A stretch of DNA of 64,000 nucleotides from Azolla caroliniana (lineage: Eukaryota > Plantae > Polypodiophyta). Positions 47,748 through 61,700 of this stretch are shown here, one piece after another (positions within the stretch are counted from its first letter, which is position 1; each line of letters opens with the position of its first letter). The notes under the pieces are model-generated. The model saw only the letters and a list, made by a program, of their open reading frames with translations, did not search any database and was not told the DNA's origin. The position numbers and the translations under genes are program-made. The stretch spans positions 4,092,001 through 4,156,000 of the forward strand of contig JBHGNT010000017.1 in the NCBI GenBank assembly GCA_043228905.1, given 5' to 3'.

Positions 47748-50700
47748 CTATCTCCCAAGACACGTGTCTATTTCACATTTTGTACTGCCTGTTTCTTCTT
47801 CTTCTAAGGTTCCTGCAGTATCTTGCTCTTCCTCTTCATCCACTTTCATAAAAAGACCTAACCGTTCGAGAGGATTACCACAATTAAAAGCAAATCCTCC
47901 CAAGCCCCCTTCAGAGTGAGCGGATTGACTCTGACTCATTATAGGAATAATATGCACTGGGGCACTACCCAGCATCTCTAAATCCTTTAAGTAATCGCCA
48001 TTTCCATCAATCTCAACAGTCTTTTCCATCTGTATAAATAATAGAGTTGAAAATTATCAATATACCACACAGGATTTGACAATTACCAGAATACCCAAAC
48101 ACCATGACAAAATGATTATTTATTGAATACAGAAACACTACCTGCTGAAGAATTAAACGTGCTGCTTGCCTTTCTGCTTGCCTTTCTAGCTTAGCTTTTG
48201 CAAGAGATTCAGCTTCAGACTTCTTGCGAGCATTTTCTGCAGCTTTTCCCTCAGCCTGAAGTCTAGCTTTTTCTGTTTACAATATAGAAATCAGCAAAAT
48301 CCCATATATTCGCAACTACTAATCTATTTTATTTTACAGGCATCAGAACTTTACCTTCTCTTTGAATCCTTTCCAATTCTTCCCTCTCTTTACGCAATCT
48401 CTCTGGATCAGTACCATTCTTCTGGTAAAGAAAAGAATCAAGTAAACCTCAAAATGTCAACATAGCTGTCCGTCTCTACTAGAATTTATAGATGACAAAT
48501 AGCCCCATTTAAAAATGCACGCCTACCCCATTTAAAAATACATGCCCATTTGACAATATCAAATAGTGAAATATTTATTTACAACAGGCATCAAATAGAA
48601 AATTATTGGAACTGAGAAAGGGCAGAAGTATTGCCAGAGAACAAAAATATGCATCCAAGAAAATTATTAAAACTTCGAAAAAGCAGGACTATTGGTAGGG
48701 GATACAATTGTACACTTCTATGAAAGCCCATGCGTGATAGAGGTCCAATTAAAAGAAAATACAAAGAATAGCTTTCAAAGTTAATATAGAATCCCAATTC
48801 AGAAGGAATCAACAGGTAGAAGAATTAGTTAACACAAAAGGATCCCAATTCAGAAGGAATCAGCAGTGCCAGAACAAATACTTCAGAAATAGTTAACACA
48901 AAATATACATTTTTCCAATTTTTTTCCTCCATAAAATGTGCTCTATAATGAAATTGTTAGGTTTCTAATATATTCATGTTGCAGAATAAGACAGAACAAA
49001 ATATACGTTTTTTCTACATCGTAGAGACAAGCATTATAGAATGCTTTCGCAAGCTATCATATTTCTTGATTGTGTTTAAGAGTCAAAATGCTTTAGCAAC
49101 TATGCAAAAATCTGTCTTTGAGTGATTTGAAAGCATCTTAAGATCCATAAAATTCAGAAAGCTCAAAACAGTTTGTTCTTACTGAACAGCTTACAGAATC
49201 TTGATAATATAACAAATAACTAATTTGTACATGGTTCATCTGGAAAAACCCTTCATGGGTTCTGAGAGCTGTGCAGCATCAGAAGTTCTGGAAAGTTACA
49301 TCCAAAACTGCACAGTTAGCCATACATGAGCAGATATTACCATCATTCATTACTCGAAGGAGATGAATCTCCCCGGGTAGGACTTGAACCTACGACCAAT
49401 CGGTTAACAGCCGACTGCTCTACCACTGAGCTACCGAGGATTTTGTACGTAGCTCAAAATTATAGAAACCCACTTCCATAGAATGTCATGTCCTAGACAA
49501 ATCTAATATCATATTTCTAGTTGGAAGAGATACACTAGAAAAACAAAAAATATACCAAAAAACAAGAACATTATGAGTGTTTAGACATGTAACACAACAA
49601 CAATAGAAATTTGTATGTATAATTCAAGACAGTGCAGCCATAAATGTCAAAATATAAGTGCCAATCCATAAATGTCAAACTATAAGTATCAAACAAAATC
49701 GATTCTGAATAGCTACAAGACAAACACAATAACCTAAAATGTCACAATAAAAACGTATCTCAATCAGCCTAACTTCTCGATGTACCTCAAAAATAATAGG
49801 CTCCTAATAGGTAGAAATCAAAGTAAATTCTAGGTGCAAAGAGCAAAGACAAAAACTACGGAGAATGTAAGAGATATAGGCCTAGCATCAAATAAAAAGA
49901 AGTGAAACTCATGGCGCAAAAAACTCCAAAATGCATTATCTTGCAAAGATTGCTATTAATATAACTGGGGTCGTATGTACCTTAGAAAGAAGACCATGAG
50001 GCATGGTCTTCTCCCTTGCTTTCAAAATAGTATCAGCAAATCGATTCTTCAAGAGGGCAGCTCGAAGAAGCCTCTCAGAGGCCTGTGAGTCAGGAATACT
50101 GTCTTCAGCTGCATACAGCAAATATGTCAGTTTACAAACTTACAGGAAAGCATAAAAACAATTACCAGAAACTACAACAAAATACACACCTTGATTGGCC
50201 TCTGCTTCTGCTTCTGCCTCTGCTTCTCTATCAGTGACACTAGGTCTGGAAAGGGACATCTCCTCATCCAAGTCACTTAATGGTCCTGTAAAAAACAAGT
50301 ACTCAGCATCTTTTGCAGGAAACCATGGCTAATGTCATAACACAAACATATTTGAAGTTAAGAACGCACGTTTTGCATCATCTATCTTCACCGTGGGGCT
50401 GCCAATTGGCTGGAGGTTAGTAGCTGAACCCTCGGGTTCCTGCAGTGGGGAAAGATGCACAACCACCCACAAGGCCACTAATTTTTCAGCCTCCACAACT
50501 TACATAAATGTATGTATACATGCATGCAGAAATCTAACACTTGACTTCTTGACACGCATGAGGATGGATGCTGATGACAATCGAATTAAACTGTTCAAAC
50601 CACAGAAATGAACATGTCCTGCACCTTTCCAGGGGTCATAATCTTCGTCTGACTAGGTCGTGGATTCTCAGCATCTGACTCACTTTCAGATGAACTGCCA

Positions 50701-52561
50701 GAATCAGAATCTACAAAAGAAATAGAACTCACACATTGTCAAAGGGAATCGTTGGGATAGATTTGATCAAATTATAAAATAACAGATTGTAAATGCACAG
50801 GAACAAACCACTAGAAGACGATGAATCACTGCTTGAACTGCTGCTAGGGCTACTGACTGCGCCAGTATCTTTACCAATAAGGACTGGAGCAAAAGTTTCT
50901 GGCACATCTTCCCCAATGTCAATCTCTTCATCTTTGGCATCAATATCTGCAGTTTCCAGATCCACAGTTGCCACAAGAAGTAAGAAACTAAAAGAACAAT
51001 GGAATGTTTGTCCTCCGAATTAACAGCACATTTAGAAATCGGAACTCTGTTCTAACCTTCAGCAGCAGACTTAGCATGATTAAGATGTTTGGACTCTACA
51101 GTAACAGGCTTCTGTTTGGAATCATAACACACTGACTTGATTGCAGTTGTTGGGTGTTTTAACAGATCATGCAGTTCCCATAGAGCATCCGAATCCAAAC
51201 AATCTATCTCAATCGTCACTTCACCATCAACTGGTTTGACATCAGGATCCTTTCTAGTAATTATCTCCATAACCTGTTCTAGTTTATCCATTGGCACCTC
51301 CTCTAGCAAGAGACTCAGAGACTGCTTCTCTTCGTAAGTCATCTCCCGAGAATAAGTCTTCCCATTTGGCTTGTCTTCAACTGGTGGATTGCAGCCCATT
51401 GAATTCTGAGCAGAAACATATAGTCCAGTTGGAACAGATGGCTTAGCTATTTGTTCCAATGATTCACTAGCATTCGAAACTACAGTATTATACGGCAGAC
51501 TAAGTTGTTTCAATTTCTTGTCTACTGCTTTCCACCGTTCTTCAAATATCTTCAGCAATGAGTCTGCCATGAGGTGAACATCATGCCCTTTCGGGTTGAA
51601 GTTCATAGCATTTGTGAATGTCAATCTCACATCTGCAGCAAATTCCACTGGAGATTCGTAGCTATGTGCCTCAAACTTCATTTTTATAGTACCCAGATCC
51701 ATTGGATGCTTCACTATCAAAGGATAATCAGGAATTTTAAGAGCTACATAATCAACAGCCTCATTAAACACCCAGCTGTATTTGTGGGTTCTAAGTTTCT
51801 TGAGGATGGTGCCACACTGTCTCATTATATCAGCTAGCTTCTTGGCATCAGACTCTGACTTTTGCTTTTTTGGAATATGCAGATCAGAATTTAGATGCAA
51901 AGCTCGTTTAACACCACCTTTCGCTTTGGGTTTTCCAAGTATCTCGTCATTGCCTGGCATAAACTTTATCACATAATAAGTTGATTGCACAACAACACCA
52001 AACTTGACAAAAAAGAAAGATGAAAAGGAAGGGCAGACCTTTAATCTCAGAATAATCTTCTTGAGTTTGCATCGGCTCACAGATAGATTTCGAGGAGGAT
52101 CCATTGTTATCGAGTTCAGGCATGTGCAAGAAGCTCCTGAGGTCTAGCTCACGAGCCTCCAACCTTGATATCATACTCTGCACTTGAGTAAGCTCCAATT
52201 TCAACTGCTTTCGAAGGCTATTTCGTTCTGATCGGGAGGCCCGAGAGATCCTAGAACTAAAATATGCTGCAGCAGAATTGCATGCATTCATTGGAGTGCT
52301 AATTGTATTTGTTTTGTTCCTCCTCATGCTACATGAATCCCCAGAAGCTGTTTCGGAGGGTACATATGATTGACCATGCGAAATCTCTGTTTTCTGGCTT
52401 CGGGTATCAGAATCCCCAACTGTTTCCAAACCATACGAATTTGCAGGATAACGATCAAGAGAGAATACCCTGGAGGAAACATGGGTCCTCTTCATCACAT
52501 AATGGTCAGCACCATGCAGAGTCTGGTGGTTGTCATATGAAGCATATGCAACAGATGCCAT
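47748..52561 (-). CDS. GTE: Bromodomain plus extra-terminal (BET/GTE8-12 type) transcription factor; 10 predicted coding exons: 52561-52039, 51953-51057, 50946-50809, 50710-50625, 50439-50370, 50285-50190, 50108-49981, 48421-48355, 48272-48142, 48029-47748
   Basis: Bromodomain WVFNEAVD..IPDY..HPMDLGTIK..FAADVRLTFTNAMNFNP; ET domain REMTYEEKQSLS; Ser-rich tract; RAALLKNRFADTILKAREK and EKARLQAE..MEKTVEI C-terminus; GT-AG junctions keep the frame. Confidence 0.92.
49369..49440 (-). tRNA. trnN-GUU: Plastid-type tRNA-Asn(GUU) in a GTE intron, probably a nuclear plastid insertion (NUPT)
   Basis: TCCTCGGTAGCTCAGTGGTAGAGCAGTCGGCTGTTAACCGATTGGTCGTAGGTTCAAGTCCTACCCGGGGAG folds into a cloverleaf with anticodon GTT and resembles chloroplast trnN. 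Confidence 0.9.
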
Positions 52562-54518
52562 AAATAAATCCACTCGTTAACCAAAAATCTACCGTCCCTT
52601 GTAACTGCAATGAAACAAGACAAGAAAGCTACAATTATTTACACAGTGCATCATCAATCATTTCTTTAAATAAGTTCTGGATGCGGCTATTTTCTTCAAC
52701 CAGTTCATGCATTCCAGCTGATATCTACCCAATTATTATGTCATTTCTATTAGCATTCAACAGTCTAATCTCCATCCATGTAATTCATTGAAATAAATAT
52801 CAATAAAAATCTAAGAAAAGATTATAATATTTCCATAAGTAAATCGCCTGCACTTTTCACATGTCTAGCATTTTTATATGTGGCTAGGTTATATAACTGG
52901 AAATTGTAGATGTCAGTTGATGGGGATTTCTACCCACAAATGGTACCTTAGATTTTACCACTCTAGACTCTTTTCTGAAGACATCTCTATGCGCTATATT
53001 ATTTCCCTGATTCAAATAACAACATACTTCTAACACATTAACAAAGTTACACATCAAGAGAAAAAACTTGCAGATCCGAGACAAGAAAAGATGTACCTAC
53101 GTTAAGATCTGGATACTATCAAATAAAACCTGTTTAGTAGAGTAAGCAGCTTATGCAAAGCTTGACAGATTGCCTATTCAACAGGGTATAGGTCTATGAA
53201 TGGATGGGCATCTTAGCTTACATTTAAAGAATGGACGGACATCATTGGCAAGTGTTAGAAGTTTGGTCAGAAACCATAATCCCAGCCTTAAGGGAACCCG
53301 AGCTTCTTTGTGAAACACCCACCGACACTAGGTGCCGGTTCAACAACTTTGGCATGAGCCTGCAACTCTAAAATATATGCTTGCAATAACATCTTAATCC
53401 ACAGGATCTAACATGAATTGTGCCAATCAACAGGTCCACTATATTTCATTGCTGATTTCATGCTTATGATCTATTTATTGGGTGTCATCCTTTCTATAGA
53501 TTTCACAGTTCATTGTGATAGGGAAATGTGGTATATTACTGACATGCAACATACAAATCCGTTTCTTGAGATTTTGGCATCTGGATCAATGAAAAAGACG
53601 CATTTATTTCGCTTAACCAATATGAAGATATTCGCTATTATCTTGATAGAGTAACATGTCCCGAATCTAAGGAACTTCTAACAATTGGCCTGTGGATCAC
53701 AAATACGACTATCATTGTAATTATATCTTATATCTTTAGTCTGAGGTATGAGAACACATAAAATGGGTAATTGTTGTATCATTCTTTAAGGATAAGATTT
53801 AAGTGTTCTCTAAGTCATTGATCTAAATCCCTTCTCCTCACTCGTTGCATAGTATAGAAATCCTCTTGAGAGACATATGACAGCCACCTTGCTGCATAAC
53901 ACATAATCTCTACTGGAAAAAAATTTAAAAAAAGAAAATTCCAATAGATTTTCAACCGTAAGAAATTCCTCTGGAAGAACGAAACCTAAGACATAGACAT
54001 TTTGCATGACATTCATCTGCATGTGTCTTCTCACATCTGTACACACAATTATTCCGTGTTCAATTGGACAATCAATTTCTAACAATTAAGTTTTTCCTTG
54101 AACCTCTTCTTTTCTAACAATAAGTTTTTCCTTGAACCTCTTCACCAAAGAAAGGGATAAAATCTTTTCCGGAGGTTCTGGTTGGTAAATATAACGCCTC
54201 TCGAATGAGTTATGTACCTATGCACTCCAAAGGCCTATGCATACGAAATTCCCCTGTTTTGCCGGAACAACTCCTTGGCAAGATGTCGGAGGAACAAAAT
54301 TTTGTTGTGGACTATCTCCCACAAATCCAGCCAGCCAGAGACGAGTCCACATATACTCCTAACCCTTTTCCTCTGCAAAGATAAAGTGTGTTGGTGTCGA
54401 AGATTAACGGAAACCCTAAAACAGGTGGGAGGGGAGAAGAAAATATCCAAGGGAAAACAGAAGAAGAAGGCAGGAACGAGAAACAGACAAGAATAGAAGG
54501 AGTGTTTGGAGGAAGTAC

Positions 54519-54690
54519 CTTAGATCTAGAGAGATCTAGTGTGTGTCTCTCTCACTCTCTTTCTCTGTGTGTGCAGGCAGGGCGATGGGAGGCCTGCGAA
54601 GAAGAAGAAGAAGGAGAAGAAGAAGAAGAAGAAGAAGGAAAGAAAGAGATACAGAGGCGTTCGGGTCGGGCCAAGGGCCTCTATTTATAC
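54519..54690 (-). promoter_or_regulatory. Probable GTE core promoter and non-coding first exon
   Basis: TATAAAT at 54689-54683, then a CTT-rich leader and donor AAG|GTACTT at 54519/54518; acceptor TTGCAG near 52605. Confidence 0.6.
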
Positions 54691-54849
54691 AAATTTGGGA
54701 GGCTTCCAGCCGTTGGATTTGCCTCCCCCATCGGACGGCGGAGAATGCTTGAGATCTCAGCCATTCATTTCCATCTGCTCATCCAACCGTCCTCATCCTC
54801 CTCCAATTTCTTCTTCCTTCACACATAACCGCCCACGCACACACAAGAC

Positions 54850-54894
54850 CACACACATACATACATACATACACACATACATACATACATACAT

Positions 54895-54927
<33 letters not shown>

Positions 54928-54930
54928 TAC
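54850..54930. repeat. (CATA)n/(CA)n microsatellite
   Basis: Read directly. Confidence 0.9.
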
Positions 54931-55489
54931 TTACTTACTTACTTACAAGTTACAATACATACATATACATACATTTTCCCCCTAGACCTTTCTTCTTCAC
55001 CTTCGGATGGTTGGACTCGATCAGAAGTCGCTCGCTCGACCCCTAACCTCCCCCCCCCCTTACAATCCCAGACACCAATTGTCCGAGCCCATGCATCCTG
55101 ATCGCATTGATTCACCTCCTTCATGTATGCATCCATCCCGGCCTCCATGAACTGAGCCCCAACCTCCCGATCCGTTACAAATGACTCAAGTACCCTGTGT
55201 TATCCCTCGCCTCCCCATGCAACTGTCATGGTAATATTGTCTTGTCTTGACCTTATCTCGATCTCCCCACCATTACCCCACCCCAATAGCGGCTTCACCC
55301 ATTCCTCTACTAAGTTTCGTTGAAGAATCGTCTCTGACAAAAATGGAGCATTGTATCGAAAGACACTTTTGCCTTTTTGGTAAAACTAGAAAAATGCATG
55401 GTCTTTCTCTTGGTAGGCCAAATTGATCAATAACAACATGATACATTGATATTGCGGCCAATTTCATGATAATCTTTGCCATATGCTCA

Positions 55490-55720
55490 AATTGTAAACT
55501 CGACCCTTAAGGGGGTTTGAATGTGGAAATCCCATGGACAAGAAGTGGGAGAAACAAAAAGATAAATTGATACCATGATGACATTCTCGATTAGGTGTGT
55601 TGACATTATTATCTAATTGTAAACTCAACCCTTAAGGGAGCCTGAATGTGTAAATCCCATGGACAAGAAGCGGGAGAAATAAAAAGATAAATTGATACCA
55701 TGTTGGCATTTCGATTAGGC
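55490..55720. repeat. Two-copy tandem repeat (~125 bp)
   Basis: ATTGTAAACTC.ACCCTTAAGGG...AATCCCATGGACAAGAAG...GATAAATTGATACCATG occurs twice. Confidence 0.8.
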
Positions 55721-58700
55721 AACACAAATTGAATGCATGTTTACCTCCTTTTACGTCTAAGTGAAATTCATATTTCCAAATCTAGGAGTGATGGACCACG
55801 TATTACCCCTTGAAATGCGAAGGGGTATTTTTGAAATATCTCGTATAAATATAGTTCTTCATTGTCGGTATGTTTTTTTCCATAAATATCTCGTCGGTTC
55901 TTAAATAGAATATAAGCAAATTCCTTTATGTGGTTTGTAAAATAAATCATTCATGCATCACAAAATTTGTCAAATCCTAAATTTGGAGCTTGGAACATAC
56001 CAAGACGCATGTGGCCATGCATACGAAAATGTTTTTTTTTCGAGAAGTCATATTCAAAGTGACAAGAAAGAGTAAGAGTGATCAAAATGTTAATAATCAT
56101 AACATAGAGGTAATGTTCACTCAAATCATAACTTTTAGTTATGAGACGAGTAACGAGCCAAGTGAAGGACCCCACACTTACATGGTAAAAGCAAACATTT
56201 CTTAAAGAAGAGGGAAGCAATCAATTTTTTATGTCACATGCTTAAAAAGAAGTCCTCAACTCTTAATGTGATTAAAAAGACCATAGTTTGACATTTGTTG
56301 ACGCCTACTTCTTGTCACTTTGAAACTAAACAACTCCACACCAATTTAATTTGCACGACCATTTTATTAACCCAATCATTGTGTTGTTGCACCAAACATT
56401 CCAAGAAGGAAAACAAATCCAAAACATTAATGTAAACATTCACTATAATGAATGTCTACGTGTGTGCATGTACAGAATACAATAACACAAGAAAGGTAAA
56501 TACATGTACATTCACTTGTCTTAGGTCTTAGCTTACATCTCGTATAACCTTGGGGAATCTTATTCTTCTTTCCATCACCATAAAAAGATTTGGGGATATA
56601 TTGGTAGGAATTCATGGATGAGAACGAGTTCACGAACTTCCAAAGTCATATCATCGAGGTTTATGTTTACTCTCTCACGTCACAAGAATAAGAAAGTAGC
56701 TTTATTTTGTGCCTTTGAAGGTCATCTGACGTGATTCGAGGATATTAGCATTGTCGATGAAAGCATATATCCCCACGACGCTTCTCGTATAAGTAAGAAA
56801 AGATGATCCGGAGCCTAACCTTAGAGAACTTGGCATATTTCAAAATTCAAATTCTTTTTAGATGACAAGCCCATTTAATTGCGCACTTTAAAAAGGTTCC
56901 AATTATTGATTTATGGAGCCACGAGCTTTCAATGATACTTCATGGCTTTATAAGTACAACCTCCTAGTTAAACCCAGATATATTCCTTCCATTGGAGTGG
57001 GAACTATATATACCTTTCTTCTTATACTCCCACGCACACATTCACACACATGAAATATATCTAGAAGAACACATTTTGTTGTGACTTGTAATACACCAAA
57101 CATATATCACCCTATAACTTTTCTAATGGCTCAAAAGTGAGCCTTTTGTTCTTCTCCACCTACGACATTGGTAAATACAGTATGAAGATGTTAGTCAATT
57201 GTGGAATGCCTTCCTTGAGTGCACTCAAATTTAATGAATGATGTCAGCGGAGGTTTATACACTAATCATTAAGTACACACGAGATCTTGGCTAAACCCAT
57301 AAATAATTAGTTGAATTGGTGATGAACTATAGAAAGGGCTCTTATGAAACCAATCATGCCATAGATTGAAATGGGAATACATTCTTCAAAGTTTTTGATA
57401 CACAGAGGATGCTAGAAAATCACAATTACCTCACTCCTCGACAATGACTTACCACATGAGGACTTGATTAATTGCAATTTAAGATGAGGACCACCAAAAG
57501 ACATGTCAAAGTTTCCATTATGTATTGTTGGATCAATACATGGACAAAAAATTCAAGTTATTTCAAGGAGAATGGATACATATGAGAATAGGATGTTTGG
57601 GTTCAATTGTTCATACACAACACTAAATTCCTACGCCTTACAATCCACCCCAAGTTGACCAACCTCCTACACACCCACGCTTTTATGGAAGAGGATGAAA
57701 TGACATCAAATGATAATGCAATAAGGGACCTATGTGACAATACATGTAAAACAACCAATGAAGTTGAAATGAATGGGACATTAATCCACAATAATGACAC
57801 AACTCATGGTGGAATAATGGAGAAGAGAGTGTGTACCTACTCACACAAAAAGCAAGGCAAGAGTCGAGATGGATTGGGCATGTCCATGCCAAGATAGAGA
57901 AAACTTTGGTATTATAACATTCCCTTAAAACAACCCTTCTTCATGTGGGTCATCCTTCATTCATGAGGTACTAGAAATTACGGCATTTAATTGACTAGAC
58001 ATTGGCAATTACATGAATGTTGGATTAAGGGGCATTTCAACAATGCATATTCAAACAAGAGTAAAAAATATTACAATAATGGACTTCACAATTTGGTTTG
58101 ACAATAACACAATGGATTGATTGTCAAAATTACCAAAAGTCATACAGAGCCTAGCTACATTCGGAGGGTTTCAAAACATATAAGATGCATACCTTTCCCC
58201 ATTACTTGTGGCACAGATCATTAGGGTGTGTGATAAAGCTAAATTTTGTCAATATTAAACACTATTCTTAGGCCTGAGTCTCCAACATCGGAGTCTCCAC
58301 ATTATGCTTCTTCATGCACAGTGCCTTCCATTAGCAATGGAAATATGCACAATGAGCTTCATAAGCTTTGGAAAATGAAATTCAAGACACAGGTAATATG
58401 CCATTAACTACGGATAAAGAGTAAAGCAATTAATCAAGATGTTGATTTTATAATTTCTCATTTCAAACATGTCAATGGCTGCTTCAATTGATAATATGTT
58501 TTTGTGCTTCTGGAAGTTCCTTCCTTTACAGATAAGAAGAAGAATTTACTCTGTAAGAGGGTATTCCAAACAAGCACATACAAAATAATGGGGATAAAAT
58601 TACAACGAAGACTCGGTTACGAGCAGCTTCGACGACAAACACTGTGTTTGCACATGAAAAATAATGGTGGTAAATTTACAATGAAGACTCCATCTCATAC

Positions 58701-58753
58701 TGGTTCAATGACAATGCTTCATTGGGGTTGAGAGACAAATATCTTCTTCTGAA

Positions 58754-61700
58754 TTATACAATCGAGTGTTTGGAATCCCTCTGATAGAACACAACATCTC
58801 CATCATCACTCACAAAGTGATCTTCTGATAAGCTCTTCAGCAAAATCTTCCATAGATGAGCTGGGAATGGCTGAGATTTGTCGGGCTCTCTATAATACTC
58901 CCCTAGCACTGGCTTGACAGCTTCAGTCTGTCCGAAACAAATGACATGGATATTAGGCACATCATGGCACATGAAAAACCGATATGAAAAAGAAAGGACA
59001 AATCACAAAAGGAAAAGAGACAAAGGATATGCATATTAAACTTACTGCTTCAATTAGATGATAATGGGGTATTTGAGGGAATAAATGGTGAACAACATGA
59101 GTCCCAATATCGTGATGTATATTGTTGAACCAACCATAGTCTCGATCGATCGTAGAAAGGCCTCCTCGCATGTAGTTCCATTCCTAAAATTCCATCGATG
59201 AGTCATTGCATGCATACATGACCAATCGACATGCAGATAGCTAAGGGGTCTATCTCCAGCCCCTGTAATTTATTACTAATTAAGGCTATGTATGTATATA
59301 AATAACAATAAGCAACTGACACTTACCTCTCCTCTGTACCATGGAACCTTTTTATCATATCCATGGTGATGAAGATAGGTGACAACATCGAGCCACACAA
59401 CAAAGGACTGAGCAAACAAATGGCAGAAAGATCATTTTCATGGATAATTCATAAATATCTCTAGCAATAACATACTGTGCTTAACATAATTGCCTTTTGA
59501 GCTCATATTTGCATACATAAATGTGCCATTTAGAGGGGCATAAACAAGTTGACCCAAGAAAGAGTTCATGAAAAAATCTACAAGTAAGGGTTTTCTTTTT
59601 ATGTAGGCCTTAAATGCACATCATATTTAGGTTTCAGATATAGTCACTCACCCAGTAAGGAACGACATATAGTTTGAGCATCCAAAGTGGTCCTATGGCA
59701 ACCGTGAGGCCCACGAGCAGAGCCATCATTGTAAACCAACAAGCTGTAGAGGTCAGAACCTCATTTCTCTCATTAGGAACGAATAACGGGCTGCCAGGAT
59801 CATAATGGCTCCCTTGTTTCCCAGGGCTTCTTGCCCACTTTAAAGAGTGAAAATAAAAGTTAGTAAACCTAAGGCATCTTTTTAAATGTTTTACTGTTTA
59901 TTCATTAAAAATTGTAAAAATCCAACCAACCAAGTAGAACGGATAAGCGAGCATTGACCACAGAGAGAACCTGCCTTTGCGGCCAAGATCATCAAGGCTT
60001 CGGTATAGCTTCTCAGGGATCTACAAAAAAAAAAAACACAATGATAAACACAATGATTGGATGTGCTACAGAGACAGTAAAGAGTAGACAGACAAACTTG
60101 CCGGATGCCAAGATTCATCATTTTCCACATGGCCATGGTTCTGATGGTGGGTTCTATGGCTTATCCTCCTGAAGAAAACAAGCCAAACTAAACTTAATGT
60201 CACGATATTCAATAGAAAAGGGTTTTCTTAACCCCCCTTTTCAGCTAGTAATTTGTGTCACTAGTAAACATGTAACCATAAATGGGTCAGTCAGTTTATA
60301 CAGGCATCCGAATACATTGTAATAGTTTTATATTAAGATCTTAAAATTGAACAAGACATTGGAAAAGAGGGCACCATTTTTAGGCTAACTTGCAATATCT
60401 TCAGATGTAGAGGGAAGGAAGCCAATCCATGCTCACACAATGAGAATCCATATTGATGCATGGCACAAAATATTGGTCACAAATATGTAGGAAGGACAAC
60501 CCAATGGAAAACTTAAGTACACCCCAACATTTCACAAAATACATTATGTTCATGTAGGTTGTTGAAAAGAATCTTGCAATTTCTTGCTGTTGCTTGGGTT
60601 CCATCATTTGCGGTGCACTTTCTCACTCGTTTGCTCGAACCATGTTTGTGTGACATCAACACTAGAGGCAGTCAGCTGAATTGGGCCTATATTTATTGTA
60701 TGCAAGATGAGAATTTAAGTACTTTTCTTTCGTATGCTATAAAATGTTGAGTGGCCCATGACTCTTAGTTTGACTCGTACATACGTAAACATTGCACATT
60801 AGTGGTATAGAAAGATTTTTTAAGACCATTCTACAGAGATAGAAAAGGCAAGCGTGCATATTATTTTGGTAAAATATCAGTTTATACCCCATGGCATAGC
60901 TTTTCATACTATGAAAATCATCCAATGTAAAAATCATAGAAAGACTAAAGAAAACTTTTCATGGCATGGTAACCTAATTAGATTATGACGCAAAGGGCAA
61001 GCTAGTTGGACTATATCATGCAACCAAGCCAGAGCAACCTACTTAGATCAAACTAATAATTATGAATAACATATTAACCCAGCAAAATTATTATATAAAT
61101 GAACTCGATTATTGTATTATTAGATTATAGTGCAGCTTAACTAGAGTTCCCACGGATTAGGTTGCATCATAATAAACCAAAAAAGGTTGATCTTGTCAGG
61201 TCACCCGAATTAGGAGGCTGCTCTATAATCTAATTAGGTTGAGCTATGATTAATTACTTTGTAATCATGTAACTAGTTTACTATTAAGATACACAATGAC
61301 ATAATTAAGTTGCCTAATAAAATCCTCACACCAATAAGCTTGCACATGTTTTTTTTCACTTTTTACTGCATATTAAGGTATGAAATAAGAAAAGCATCTG
61401 ATTGTGCTGATCCATTTGTATTCTCCACAAGAGATTATTCTTCTGTACGTGCCAAAAGAATAGACAATCGGCACTTCCTTTTTCAACGACAGGAGTCACC
61501 CACATTTCCATAGCCCTTTCACTTGACCGAGAATGGATAGACATTATCACATTCGATTATGAATTAGAGGTGTCATTAAAGATACATTGGCACCAACTAT
61601 AACCCTTACCCCGGTTTGACGACGGATATTTTGATGTTACACCCGGCAATGGGGGCATAATATCCAGGGCACTTTTTTTAATATCATGGAACAAAACCAG

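Noticed and set aside
49369-49440. Chlamydial-type mitochondrial trnN known from early vascular plants
   Set aside because: The sequence looks like chloroplast trnN-GUU as I recall it; an alignment is needed to be certain
55730-58200. Possible transposase remnant between the two genes
   Set aside because: Only short ORFs; no convincing catalytic motif, TIR or TSD
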